DNA from: Azolla caroliniana
Taxonomy: Eukaryota > Plantae > Polypodiophyta
Assembly: GCA_043228905.1 (NCBI GenBank)
Contig: JBHGNT010000011.1
Location: forward strand, 8,742,001 to 8,806,000
DNA length: 64,000 nt
Direction: 5' to 3'
In this document: positions 34,201-45,114 of the stretch, in pieces
Position numbering within the stretch: position 1 is the first letter of the stretch
Layout of the letters: each line of letters starts with the position of its first letter
The notes under the pieces: generated by a model
Seen by the model: the letters and a program-made list of their open reading frames with translations, nothing else
Databases searched by the model: none
What the model was told of the DNA's origin: nothing
Made by a program: the position numbers and the translations under genes

Positions 34201-36714
34201 CGAGCCGGATTCCCTTCGAGCGACAGTACTCCTGGAACTGCCCCCGGTATTCCCCTCCGTTATCCGCTCGTATCGCTTTCAGCTTCTTGCCGGATTCTCT
34301 TTCCACTCTCGCGTGGAGTTCTCTGAAGACGGACAACACTTGGTCCTTTGTCTTCAACGGTGCCGTCCACAGCTTCCGGCTGTGATCATCAATGAATGTC
34401 ACGAAGTACTGGGCTCCGCCATGTGACTTCGTTTCTACCTGACACACATCAGTGTGCACCAGCTCCAAGGGTGCGCTACGTCTCGTCGGTGGCCTTGAGT
34501 GGAAGGAGGTTCGGTTCTGCTTACTGGCCAGGCAATCGGTGCACTTCTCCAGGTGCACATGCTTCACTGGAATGAGGTTGTCTTCTACAAGCCTCTTCAT
34601 CCCCTTCTCACTCATGTGGCACAGTCTCTTGTGCCACAGCTCACCGGCAGTGTCGGCTGCCACGTTCAGCTCCTCCGGACATAGCCGGGAATTCATCAGG
34701 TACAGTGTGTTGACCTTCCGGGCCCGAGCCACTATCAGGCTCCCCTTGCTGAACTTCATGACACCGTTCCGGATGCTACCCGTGTAGCCTTCATCATCTA
34801 GCCTCCCGGCCGAGATCAGGTTCAATCGGACCTCCGGAACGTGTCGCACATCCTTCAGCAGCATCTTGCATCCGGTTGATGTCATCAGCCACACGTCTCC
34901 TATGCCGGCAATCCGGCATGTGCCTTCATTTCCCATCCGGACACAGCCATGTTCACCGGCTGTGTAGGATGAGAAGTATTTCTTCTCCGGGGTCAGGTGG
35001 AACGACGCTCCGGAATCGACCACCCAGGTCATCTCTACGCCGGCAAGGTTCAGCTCCCTCTCTTCGGTAATGAGCATTATCTCTTCTTCACTTGCCGCGA
35101 GTGCCGTCGTTCCTTTCCGGTCCTGCCCTCGCCGATCCGGACCTCTCCGGTCCGTGGCTCCCCGGTATGCACCGTTTCTCTCCGGTGACTTCTTCGAATC
35201 GGCGTCGTCGGCTCCGTTGTCCTTTCGGTAATGCCGACAATTCTTCCGGAAGTGCCCCGGCTTCCCACAGTGGAAGCAAATGGGTCTTCCTCTTGACTGC
35301 GACCGGGTCCCCGACTTCTCCCGTCTTTGCGGACTTCGGTTCCAGTGTCTTCCCCGTTCCGATTCGGTAAGCAGCGCCTTCGAGTCGGAGGCCGGTTCTT
35401 TATCTCTCCGACGCGCTTCTTCATTTAGAATACTTGTCTTTACCGTTTGTAGGGACAAGTTGTCTTCCGTGCAGGAGGTGCTGAGAGTCACCACCAAATT
35501 CTCCCAGCTGTCCGGCAATGTACACATCAGGATGATGGCTTGCATTGCATCCTCCAACGGGAACTTGATCGCCGCAAGCTGGTTCACGAATCCCATGAAC
35601 GTGCTTACGTGTTCCACCATACTCTCGCCGTCCCGGTACTTGAGGTTCACTATCTTTCTCATCAGGGAGGTCCGGTTCAACGCATTCTTCCTCTCATAGA
35701 GGCCCGACAGCTTCTTCCACATCTCATAGGCGTTCGTATCGTTCGCCACATGTTGCAGGACACTTACATCGACATATTGCCGGATCGTCGCTACTGCTTT
35801 CCGGTTCAGGAGCTTCCACTCCGACTCAAGTACTCCCTTCGGTATTTCCGACCTGTCAATCGGTTCGTACAGGTCCCGAACAATCAGAAGATCCTCCATC
35901 TTGATCTTCCAGTCGGCGTAATTCTGCGCATTCAGCACCATCATTCCCGGCTGCCCGCTACCGCCGCCTTCCATCTTCTGTGTTATCGTCGCTCTGATAC
36001 CACTTTGTAAAGAATTGACGCTATCAAATCTTTCGCCTCTCGGCCACAACCGAGACAACACGGATCAATGCAGCAGAAAAATAAAAACAAAGACACAGAG
36101 AGATGAATACACAGGGTATAACGTGGAAAACCCTAAACGGGAAAAACCACGGGAGTGCACGACTCCAACTACCACTATACACTGGAACATACAATGGCGA
36201 GCTGCAAGGCGACGACCTTGAGCTCGCTGTCCTCGCCACAGGCGGCGGTATTACACAGAGGCGTCGACCTCTTCGTTTCTCTCTCTCTCTCTCTCTCTCT
36301 CGGCTGCTCTCACTTCGCTCCCTCTAAGTGGAAAAACAGAAAATGAGCAACAACAGTAAAACTGTTTGCCCTAAGTCATATTTATACACATATGACTTTC
36401 GGGCTATTTACAAATATAACCACAAGGGCTCTTGGCAAACATATTCACAAATATGTCCCCGCATCCGGATCTCTCTCACCGGGTACATTCGTCATCCGGC
36501 TCCGTAGCCGGGGTCTTCAGCATCCGGCTCCGTAGCCGGGGTCTTCAGCATCCGGCTCCGTAACCGGGGTCTTCAGCATCCGGCTCCGTAACCGGGGTCT
36601 TCAGCATCCGGCTCCGTAACCGGGGTCTTCATCATCCTACGGTTCCGTAACAGCCTCCGGGCTTGCCGTCATTCATCTCCGGACATCCCATCCGGAGGGA
36701 CCGAAATTCCAACA
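31207..36714 (-). mobile_element. Intact, very young Ty1/copia (Tnt1/Tork-like)
   Basis: LTRs at 31207-31887 (681 bp) and 36006-36714 (709 bp), apparently identical except for one 28-bp repeat unit. TSD GTGGG (31202-31206 and 36715-36719). PBS TGGTATCAGAGC (36002-35991). PPT AAGGGGGAG. Confidence 0.97.
31898..35974 (-). CDS. Copia gag-pol polyprotein (~1358 aa), intact
   Basis: CFHCGKPGHFRKNC zinc knuckle; WVVDSGAS protease; integrase (WHKRLCH..C..C, D-D-E, GYRVWD); RT LLYVDDML; RNase H DSD..EYMA..DSQSAI. Confidence 0.95.
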   Translation of the reverse strand: MEGGGSGQPGMMVLNAQNYADWKIKMEDLLIVRDLYEPIDRSEIPKGVLESEWKLLNRKAVATIRQYVDVSVLQHVANDTNAYEMWKKLSGLYERKNALNRTSLMRKIVNLKYRDGESMVEHVSTFMGFVNQLAAIKFPLEDAMQAIILMCTLPDSWENLVVTLSTSCTEDNLSLQTVKTSILNEEARRRDKEPASDSKALLTESERGRHWNRSPQRREKSGTRSQSRGRPICFHCGKPGHFRKNCRHYRKDNGADDADSKKSPERNGAYRGATDRRGPDRRGQDRKGTTALAASEEEIMLITEERELNLAGVEMTWVVDSGASFHLTPEKKYFSSYTAGEHGCVRMGNEGTCRIAGIGDVWLMTSTGCKMLLKDVRHVPEVRLNLISAGRLDDEGYTGSIRNGVMKFSKGSLIVARARKVNTLYLMNSRLCPEELNVAADTAGELWHKRLCHMSEKGMKRLVEDNLIPVKHVHLEKCTDCLASKQNRTSFHSRPPTRRSAPLELVHTDVCQVETKSHGGAQYFVTFIDDHSRKLWTAPLKTKDQVLSVFRELHARVERESGKKLKAIRADNGGEYRGQFQEYCRSKGIRLEFTVPKTPELNGLAERMNRTIMERVRSMLAHAKLPKGFWAEAMSTATYVINRSPSVPLDGDTPQKVWTGKEVSYRHLKVFGCLTYVHVAKDRRGKLDPKTRPCIFLGYGDDEFGYRVWDPVDKKIFRSRDIIFMEDKTLADWESEKKMKSSKSTGEDKLYEEQSRPARDRLTLEDPAEDGEETEPAEEDENDTGTGPDPEMDSDEEEESEEPVTEAPERRYPLRERRAPRRFPEPEHVLLTDEGEPESFEEAKHDTQSRRWLSAMQDEMDSLHENHTYELVELPKGKRALRNKWVFKLKPGDAGNPPRYKARIVVKGFQQKKGVDFDEIFAPVVKMTSIRTVLSIAASMDLEVEQMDVKTAFLHGDLEEEIYMQQPEGFEKKGKEHLVCRLKKSLYGLKQAPRQWYRKFDSFMTDEGYLKTQSDHCVFVKKFEGGDFLILLLYVDDMLIVGRDQVKIRMLKKALHRTFSMKDLGPARQILGMHIIRDRKKKQLWLSQEKYVTKMLHRFNMSEARPVGSTLPANCKLSSKQCPKTKAEKEDMMKVPYASAVGSLMYAMVCTRPDIGYAVGVVSRYMSNPGKEHWNAVKWILRYLKGTANVCLRFGSGKPELDGFTDSDMSADADTSRSTSGYVMTYAGGAVSWQSRLQKTVALSTTEAEYMAAVEAGKEVIWMKDFIRELGIRQEEYRLYCDSQSAIHLAKNAAYHSRTKHIQRRYHWIRERIEDKEFVLTKIHTDENGSDMLTKVLTPDKLEACRKRIGLERHPMPK

Positions 36715-36746
36715 GTGGGCCAGGACCTTGTCCAGCGAACCCACGC

Positions 36747-39200
36747 CTATTCCTGTAGCTCTTCATCCGAATCGTTCAGAATATCAAAAATCGAAGGCTC
36801 ATCTGGCCTTGGATGTATTCCACCTATATCTTCCTCTTCATCTTCATCTGTGTCACAGTCGTCCTTCGGAGCAGGTTGTGATTCGGTTGGCTGCTGTGGT
36901 TCACTTCTTCCGGAAGCTTGAATACCAGGAGTCTTGCTGGTTCTTTCGGCTTCGATTTTATCCAACTGGACGGAAGTGCCTATATCATTTTTGTCGAATT
37001 CTTGCATAATACGTTGAATTTCTTCTCTGTAAAATGCCGCAATTTCGTCCATATCTTTCATGATATCCTCTTGGATATTGTCAATATCCTTTTGTGCCAT
37101 TTTAAAAAAACCTGCACCTTGTACCTGACGGTTATTTTTGTCGGCACGCAATAGCTGTAATTCCGCCGCTTGTGCTGTCCATAACTTCCATCCTTGCGCA
37201 AGGGATTCATCGATCATTTTCTTTGCTAGGTTTCGATGTTTACCTATGATGTGCTGCACTTTGTCCCTAGTGATGCTTGCGACGTATTGGGCGGTCTACA
37301 ACTCTTTCTGTAAATCCGTAATAGTGGTTCGGTTCTCTCTTTCAGCTCGCATTAGTTTGGATTCGACTACATATATATCCAGCCGTCTTTGTTCCGATAT
37401 CTTCCGAATTTCATCCAGTTGTTGTTCGAATGCCGATTTCTCTTTACTCCATTCCTCCTGCTGTTCCGTCATTCTTCTGTTGACTTCTTCAAGACTCTGC
37501 TGTTTTTCTGTCAATTGACTTTCCTGTGACACTATATACCTTTCGAATTCTTCAATTTGTTCGGTATATGTATGATTGGCCGTCTTAGCTTCTTCTAGAT
37601 TTTTCTGTAATTCATTTATTACTTGATTTTTTTCTTCGAGAGCTTTGTATTGACCATTCTGAATGGTTTCTATTTGTTTTTCTAATTCTGTAGTTCGAAA
37701 TACCGCATTGTTGGCCTTTGTTGTTTCTGCTTGACGTGCTTTCTCAGCGTCCTCCAATTTCTGCTGCCATTCTGACTCCGACACCATAAGCCGTGCCTGT
37801 GTTTCCCATTTGTTTAGACTTTCCTTTAGTTCTTTATTTTTTGCCTGTATGTTACAAAACTGATGTTTCAGCACCTCCGCCGATGCTGATACACTTTTGT
37901 ATCTTTCAGCCATATCACTGGCTGCTTTGCGTACCGTTTCATATTCTTTATGAATTTCGACCAGTGCTTCATGTAATGGTGGCATTTCAATAGCCTCCCC
38001 TCTATGCTGTGCACTTCTTTTCCGGCCTATTTTCTCTATCTCTGCTTTTTCTTGAGGTTCCAACACTCCTCGTAAGGCTTTCTGTATCATTATTCGGTCA
38101 TTATGTTCTTGAGCCAGCCGTTCTGATACTTCTGTCAGTCTTTTAGCCAACCATTCAACCAGTTCGTATGAAGTTCTGAATTGTAAAATGGCAGCTAATT
38201 CATGTGCTGCTGGTGGGATATCCAAGTACCCATGTGCTTCCCGAATGGCTACTTTTGAAGATTGTCCTTGGTGAGGTTGTGTCGAAACGCTCTCATTCCC
38301 TGGTTTTAGTACTTCTGTTACCACAGGCGTATTCGACTTTTCATTTGTGCGTTGCCTTTTCGGTCCTGATCCCTCACTGTTTTCTGGTTGGAATTGCCGA
38401 TTAGCCTTTTGTTTAATCCTTGTTCTTTGTCTCATCTTCTCTGCTTGTTGTCGATTTTCTGTTGGCTGTTGCTTGTTTATCAAATTGTCAACTGTTTCTT
38501 GTTCTGCCGCTGGTTGCCTGTTTTCGGAATTCTCTGGTCTTGGTGGTTCCGACTGAGGCATATTTGTTTGTATATTATCGGCATGTGCCGATTCTTCTTC
38601 TATCCATTCTTCATGTACTACCTGTCGGTGTCTTCGTGGTGCTTGTACTATCGGTGGTCTTCTTGACTGAACAGGAGTTTCCGATTCTTGAATCGGAAAC
38701 AATACTGATAACCAACGACCAAAAATTTGCTTCATCGGTTTTCCTGTTTTTACCCCTTGTAGCTGCTCTCTCAGAGCTTCCCCTGACAATAGTGGCCAGT
38801 TGAAATCCTCTTTTTCGTATGCGGCTATGATAAACCCAGCCCTTTTTTTCGGCATACAATAAAAACGAGGACTGACAAATCCCACCTCTAATAGAAATCT
38901 AGCCACTTCATGAAAAAACTCATCCCGACCTCCATAAGTCTGATATGCTTTTGCCGAGGGTGAGTATTCCCCGAAATATGATTGGAGTGCTTCTGATGAA
39001 GGTTTTTTAACTGCCTCAAAGCCTCCTCTTGGCATTTGTAATGCATTTCGTATTTTCTTTGTGGTGATTTTGGTGATGTCCATTTGTTGTACCAATTCTT
39101 CCACCTGCGGATGAGGTTCCGCTTCTGCTACTTTGATGAAACCTTGTAGGTTTCTCTCATGAAGCCACAATCGCAGTTCTTCAGATACAGGAATCGGCAT
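36747..39200 (-). CDS. Element C ORF2: conserved N-terminal domain, long coiled coil and acidic tail; one in-frame TAG at 37298-37296
   Basis: ORFs 37296-39407 and 36747-37259 are in the same frame. The N-terminus MPIPVSEELRLWL..RNLQGFIKVAEAEPH aligns with ORF2 of elements B and D. Confidence 0.75.
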
Positions 39201-39612
39201 GACTTCTGTGTTTCCTTGTTCTGAATCACTTGTCGATGACAGTTGCAGATCTGCACAGTTTCTGTAGCGATGAAAATTAGAAAAGCAGAGTTTGGGCGAA
39301 CTAGGGCACGAAGGAGGCTCAGACTGTTTCGATATCTGCACTCGTTTCTGTTGTTTTGACGACACAGACGATATAGAAATATGCTTTAAAGATATTAACT
39401 TATGCATGATGACTTAAAGAATAGTAATTGCTATTAATGTAGGAATTAATTAGTATTCACTCTACGTGTAGTGGTTGTACTTGTTACTAATAATCATGCA
39501 ATTCCTCTTTCTATTTATAGTCGATTCATACTGTTATGGCAAGATTGTATTTCTGCATTTGACAAGAACTATTGAGTGAGTTAGTTAGTTTTTTTATTTT
39601 TATTTTTATTTT

Positions 39613-42600
39613 TTACTCTTCCGTTTGAATAAACGGATTTACCGGCATATCTCCCAAATATGGTTTAAGCCGAAATCCATTTACCCATTTCGGTAAAACC
39701 TCTCCGGTTAATGATCCCAGTTGGTACGTACCATTTTTACTATTAATTATCCATACTGGACCTGTCCATCTATACCGGAGTTTCCCAGGCATAAGTCCCA
39801 TTCTCGTCTGGAATACCAATACCGGTTTCCCGATTTCGAATTGCTCTTCCGATTTCCTTCGATGACGATTTACGAATGCCTTGATTTGTCTCTGCTTGTG
39901 TTCTAGTGCTGACATTAATTGAATCCGTTCCTCTTCTAATACTAATAAAGCCTCTTTGCGTATCTGCTCCGATTCTATTTCATTTAACTTATTCGTTGCT
40001 TGGATCCGAAGTGTCGGAATTTGAAATTCGATCGGCATAACGGCTTCGAGTCCGAATGCCATTCGGAAAGGTGTTGATTTAATGGATGTTTTGTACGAAG
40101 TACGATATGCCCATAATGCACTATTTAACTTTTGATCCCAATCAGTACGATTTTCATTCACTATCTTCTTTAAAATTGTTTGAATTGTTTTATTTGTCGA
40201 TTCTGCCAATCCATTGGCTTGGGGATAGTAAGGCGTACTTTTCTTATGAACTACGGCATAGTAATTGGTTAATTCGTTAATTAACTTGTTAATAAAATGA
40301 GTGCCTTGATCGCTTACCAATTCTATTGGGCAACCGAATCGACACCATATATTCTCATACAGGAATTTTGCTGTGGATGCTGCTGTATTGTCCCTGAGAG
40401 CTTTTGCTTCAACCCATTTTGTGCAATAGTCAGTCGCAATTATGATATATCGATTACCGGTTCTTGCAGCTGCTGGTTTGAATGGGCCAACAAAATCTAA
40501 GCCCCATTTCTGAAATGGCTCAAGAGGTAAAACCGGTTGAAAAGGCATTCGATCCTTTTCGGTTGGTTGCCCCATTCTTTGACACAAATCACATTTCTTA
40601 CAGTATTCGTTAGCATCTTTCATCACCGTTGGCCACCATAACCCGCTATTCCATATTTTTCTGGCTGTTGCTTCTCCTGCGTAATGACCGCCAGCTATTC
40701 CACAATGTGACTCTGTTAATATGGCTGATTTTTCAAATTTTCGTACTGCCCTTTGCCATATTCCATCCGCTCCTTTATGATACAACATGTCATTAAATAA
40801 ACAAAAATTCCGACTTCGTACTGCAATTCTTTTTCTTTCATCTGTCGACATGTGTTCGGCCGGAATTCCTGTTGATAGAAATATCGTCATTTCGGAAATC
40901 CATTCATCCTCTTTTTCCTCATTCACTTCATGTGCTTTTACTGCCTCAACCCGAAATAATTGAGTATCTGGAAAATCATCTTTAACCCCAACCGCTTCTT
41001 CTCCAGACTCAAGCCGACTGAGATAGTCAGCAATCGCGTGCTGTGCTCCTGGTCGATGTATAATGTCGAATTCAAACTCTTGAAGCAATAACGTCCATCG
41101 GGCTAACTTGCCTGTCAATTCTTGTTTGGAAACTAGATACAGTAAAGCCGAATGATCCACATGAAATGTAAATTTCTTACCCAAAAGGTAATGTCGAAAT
41201 TTGTTCACACTATATATCATTCCTAAAGCTTCTCTTTCGGTTGTTGAATAGTTTCTTTCGGCCGACGAAAGTTTCCTACTGGCATAGTATACCGGTCTAT
41301 ACCAATTTGGTTCGGATAATTGCATTAAAGCACTGCCTATGGCAATGTCCGACGCATCGACGAAAACATGAAATGGTTTGTTCCAGTCCGGTGGTTGAAC
41401 TACCGGAACCTTCGTCAACATCTTCTTGAGACATTCGTACGCATCTTGTTCTATACTTGTCCATATAAAAGGAACTTTGTGTACTGCTGTGTGTAACGGA
41501 ATAGCAATGTCTGCTAGATATCTCATCATTCTACTGTGCCACCGAATTTGACCCAAAAACCTACTCAAAGCTTTAGCATTTGTTGGTGGTGTTGCCTCAA
41601 TAATTGCTTTAACTTTGTCTGGGTCCACTGCAATCCCTTCTTGACTGACAATATGCCCAAGTAATGTACCACTCATTACTCCGAATGCGCATTTGGCTGG
41701 ATTTAAACTAAGACGCCCTTTTCGACATTTTTCTAAACATAGCCGTAAATGCTCAAAATGATCAGCTTTCCGACTATATACTGCAAAATCATCTAAAAAC
41801 ACCTGCATGAAGGCTGGAATATATTCCCCGAATATTTCCTGTATTACCCGCTGAAATGTAGCTGGAGTTGTTTTTAAACCGAACATCATGACTACTGCCA
41901 CAAAGACACCCCATTCTGTGACGAAAGCTGTCTTTTCTTGATCTTCGGGATTCATCCGTACTTGGTTGTACCCACTGAACCCATCCAAGAAACTATAAAT
42001 TTCATGTCCCGCTACTGCATCTAATATCCCATCTGTGAATGGCAACGGAAACGCATCCGTAATTGTCGCTGCATTCAATTTTCTGTAGTCCACACATACG
42101 CGAATTTTCCCATTTTTTTTCGGGACTACTACTATCGGACTCAGCCATGTTGATTTTTTGACGGGTCGAATAAATCCTACTTTTAAGAGTTTATCGATTT
42201 CTTCTTTTACTTTGATAGCATAATTCGGATTCAACCTGTACCTGCGTTGTTGTACTGGCTTTGCATCTTTATGCAAATTGATTTGATGTTGACAAAAAGC
42301 GGGATCCAGTCCTTTCATATCGTCAAACGACCATGCAAAAACATCTTTATATTGTAATAGTAATGTTGTTAATGTTCGTTTGTCATTTACCGTCAAATCT
42401 CTAGCAATCAAGACTATTTTTCTTTCAGCATCCTCTACTCCTGCCAAATCGATCTCCTCCAATGCTGAGGCTTGCACTCTCTGAGATACCTTCATTTCCT
42501 TATCTGTAGCTTCTTGTTGCATTCGTATTTCTTTCATTGTTTGCTCATCGATTGGCACTTCTTCGTGTGAGTCTACATATGGTGTTAATGCTTGCAAAAT

Positions 42601-45114
42601 ATCTACCTCAAATAGAGGGATGATTTTTTGATTATCATCAAAATACTGACTTTCTTCTTCCTCGTCCAATCCTTCCATCATATTAATTGCTTCTGCATGT
42701 ACAGGTAAACTCTGTTTGCTTGTTGTCACTTTGTTGTGCGTCGGAATCCTGACCTTATTTTTTCCTTTCCTAAATGTTAGCACATTTTGTTTCCAATTTT
42801 GTTTAATATTAGCTGTTTTTAACCATGGTCTCCCTAATAACAAGGGGTATGCTCCCTGTGTTTCTAACTGCAAAATTACTGCCGAAATCTGAAAACTGTG
42901 GCCCCCGATTATTACATCCAGTTGTCGAAGCAAACCAATCGGTCGTACCGTACTTGTATCTGCCATTCGTAACCAAAACGGACATGCTTCCCATTCCGTG
43001 ATTCCCAGTTTTTCACATGTAGTTTTGTTAATCACATTAACACCCGAGCCTCCATCTATAATCACATTTCCGATTTCTTGCCCGTAAAGTATTACCTTAA
43101 TCGACGGATTCTGTTCATCCATGATCGAAGGGTTATTACTTGGCTGATTGTAGTGTACTGCTATTTGTTCGGAACCTTTATATGCAATTAATGCTGCCAC
43201 TTTTTCTGTAAACCTTGGTACTAACTTAAGTAAGCCCGTAAGTGGCAATGACACTTGGCAATCAGCCAACAGTTTCCAAGTTTCTTCCTGTTCCTTATTC
43301 CCCAATGAATGTTGTACAACGATGTCCTGGTCAATGTTATTGTCTTGTAACATTCGATTCACATTACTTTGATTTGCTTCATCCACCCATTCTTTTGCCG
43401 CCTTCCGAACTTCTTCCTGAATTTCCCACTCTGATTGTTTGCTTTTGCTGCGTGTCGTTACTTGCTGAACTTCCGGTATTACCATATTAACTGCTGGACC
43501 CTTTCCTTTAACCGGACATTGATTAGCATAATGGCCTAGTTGTCGACAAATGTAACAAGTGGGCACAAATGTTGCACTGGTCTCTCCATGTGCAAATTGC
43601 CCGTTATTAAATTGCTGCTCGTCATTACCATTCGGGTTTTGTTGGTATTGACGTGTAGCTTTTGGTTTGTAAAATCTCTTGTTTTTATACCGATTCTGCC
43701 TAAATTGTTCAGTATTATCATTTGGTTGTGCTATATTGTGTGGTGTCCCGAACTCCTGATTTGGCGGAAAATTATTCTGTTGAAACATTTGATTATTTTG
43801 TGGAACGGTTTGAGTATTATGTTGAAAAGTCATATTACCCGGTTGAAATGCCGGATTTGGTTGAAATGTAGAATTCGGTTGCACATTCGGACAATTCTGT
43901 TGGTTCTGTTGAAACCCTTGAAATGGTGGGTTACTTTGTTGGAAACTTTGATTATTTTGTTGAAAATATTGATTCGGATTCTGTACGAATGGTGGGTTGG
44001 ATTGAGCAAAACCTGGTTGATATGCTTGAGTTAGTTGAGTGGGTTGCATATTTTGTTGTGAAAAGATCTGATTTGGCTGTAGAACCGGATTTTGTTGTAC
44101 ATTTTGCTGATTTTGTGAAAAATTATTATTTTGATAACCATTGAACAGATTAGTGTTATTTTGGTAACCATTGTCAGCAAAAATTTGGCGTACTGACGCC
44201 GTAGTCTTATTAAGCAGATTATATTCAAATTGTTCTACGGAATGTAATTTTGAATGACATATTGTACAATGTGTTCTTAACGTACAGTCAATTGCTGAAT
44301 GCCCCGTATTTAAACAAGTGGTGCATTGAACTGCTTGTCGAAATTGTAACTCCTCCATTGTTGGTAATGTACGGTGTAATGCCGACATGTCCATACTCTG
44401 AACATTGACCGGTGGACGACCCATTTCTATTGCTTTATCAATGACTTGTTCGATAGTCTGATTTTGAAAATCGAACACTTTCAATGTCGTCCTTAATGGT
44501 TCTTTTACAGCTTCTAGAAAGACTTCTTTTAATTCCTTATCCGGAATCGGCCTTGAAATCTGAAGCTGTAAGTTCTGAAATTGTATCACAAACTGAGATA
44601 CTGTTTCATTTTTTTCTTGATATAACGCATAAAATTGCGCAATCAAATCCTTCTGCGGAATTTGTTGGTGAAATAATTGTAAAAATTTACTAGTTAATAC
44701 TTCAAAGGATGGAAATCCTTGAAGACCGTTCTGTGCAAACCAATTAGCGGAATATCCGTCTAATGATAAGACGAACTCAGCGATTTTTGACTTATCTTCG
44801 GTATCTGCCGACAATCGCTGAGCTCCATGGTTAATCTCCCATGTCGTTAAGAAATCCCTAACATGTGCTTCCGCATCTGTTCCTTCCCGGAACTTAGAAT
44901 AAGTATAAGGCATATCATCCCAAATGTCGTAAAACGATACCTCTTCCGTCTGTTTTTCGTCTGAAGGTAATTGATCGGATAAGTCAGGAAGTTTCGACCA
45001 CTTTGTGCTTGATTCCGGCTGTTCTTGCGCAATGAACGCTTGCTGCACTACCTTCGTAACTGACCTTGTACGAGGCCGCTTACAACTGACCGGTGCCTCC
45101 TCTTCATACGACAT
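39613..45114 (-). CDS. Element C gag-pol polyprotein (1833 aa), intact
   Basis: Gag with CCHC knuckles and a Q/N-rich tract, protease IIDGGSGVN, RT MQVFLDDF, RNase H VDAS..EREAL..VDH, integrase HHCC/DDE, no chromodomain. Confidence 0.95.
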   Translation of the reverse strand: MSYEEEAPVSCKRPRTRSVTKVVQQAFIAQEQPESSTKWSKLPDLSDQLPSDEKQTEEVSFYDIWDDMPYTYSKFREGTDAEAHVRDFLTTWEINHGAQRLSADTEDKSKIAEFVLSLDGYSANWFAQNGLQGFPSFEVLTSKFLQLFHQQIPQKDLIAQFYALYQEKNETVSQFVIQFQNLQLQISRPIPDKELKEVFLEAVKEPLRTTLKVFDFQNQTIEQVIDKAIEMGRPPVNVQSMDMSALHRTLPTMEELQFRQAVQCTTCLNTGHSAIDCTLRTHCTICHSKLHSVEQFEYNLLNKTTASVRQIFADNGYQNNTNLFNGYQNNNFSQNQQNVQQNPVLQPNQIFSQQNMQPTQLTQAYQPGFAQSNPPFVQNPNQYFQQNNQSFQQSNPPFQGFQQNQQNCPNVQPNSTFQPNPAFQPGNMTFQHNTQTVPQNNQMFQQNNFPPNQEFGTPHNIAQPNDNTEQFRQNRYKNKRFYKPKATRQYQQNPNGNDEQQFNNGQFAHGETSATFVPTCYICRQLGHYANQCPVKGKGPAVNMVIPEVQQVTTRSKSKQSEWEIQEEVRKAAKEWVDEANQSNVNRMLQDNNIDQDIVVQHSLGNKEQEETWKLLADCQVSLPLTGLLKLVPRFTEKVAALIAYKGSEQIAVHYNQPSNNPSIMDEQNPSIKVILYGQEIGNVIIDGGSGVNVINKTTCEKLGITEWEACPFWLRMADTSTVRPIGLLRQLDVIIGGHSFQISAVILQLETQGAYPLLLGRPWLKTANIKQNWKQNVLTFRKGKNKVRIPTHNKVTTSKQSLPVHAEAINMMEGLDEEEESQYFDDNQKIIPLFEVDILQALTPYVDSHEEVPIDEQTMKEIRMQQEATDKEMKVSQRVQASALEEIDLAGVEDAERKIVLIARDLTVNDKRTLTTLLLQYKDVFAWSFDDMKGLDPAFCQHQINLHKDAKPVQQRRYRLNPNYAIKVKEEIDKLLKVGFIRPVKKSTWLSPIVVVPKKNGKIRVCVDYRKLNAATITDAFPLPFTDGILDAVAGHEIYSFLDGFSGYNQVRMNPEDQEKTAFVTEWGVFVAVVMMFGLKTTPATFQRVIQEIFGEYIPAFMQVFLDDFAVYSRKADHFEHLRLCLEKCRKGRLSLNPAKCAFGVMSGTLLGHIVSQEGIAVDPDKVKAIIEATPPTNAKALSRFLGQIRWHSRMMRYLADIAIPLHTAVHKVPFIWTSIEQDAYECLKKMLTKVPVVQPPDWNKPFHVFVDASDIAIGSALMQLSEPNWYRPVYYASRKLSSAERNYSTTEREALGMIYSVNKFRHYLLGKKFTFHVDHSALLYLVSKQELTGKLARWTLLLQEFEFDIIHRPGAQHAIADYLSRLESGEEAVGVKDDFPDTQLFRVEAVKAHEVNEEKEDEWISEMTIFLSTGIPAEHMSTDERKRIAVRSRNFCLFNDMLYHKGADGIWQRAVRKFEKSAILTESHCGIAGGHYAGEATARKIWNSGLWWPTVMKDANEYCKKCDLCQRMGQPTEKDRMPFQPVLPLEPFQKWGLDFVGPFKPAAARTGNRYIIIATDYCTKWVEAKALRDNTAASTAKFLYENIWCRFGCPIELVSDQGTHFINKLINELTNYYAVVHKKSTPYYPQANGLAESTNKTIQTILKKIVNENRTDWDQKLNSALWAYRTSYKTSIKSTPFRMAFGLEAVMPIEFQIPTLRIQATNKLNEIESEQIRKEALLVLEEERIQLMSALEHKQRQIKAFVNRHRRKSEEQFEIGKPVLVFQTRMGLMPGKLRYRWTGPVWIINSKNGTYQLGSLTGEVLPKWVNGFRLKPYLGDMPVNPFIQTEE

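Noticed and set aside
36747-39407. ORF2 as a retroviral-like envelope protein
   Set aside because: No signal peptide or transmembrane segment is visible; the sequence is hydrophilic coiled coil.
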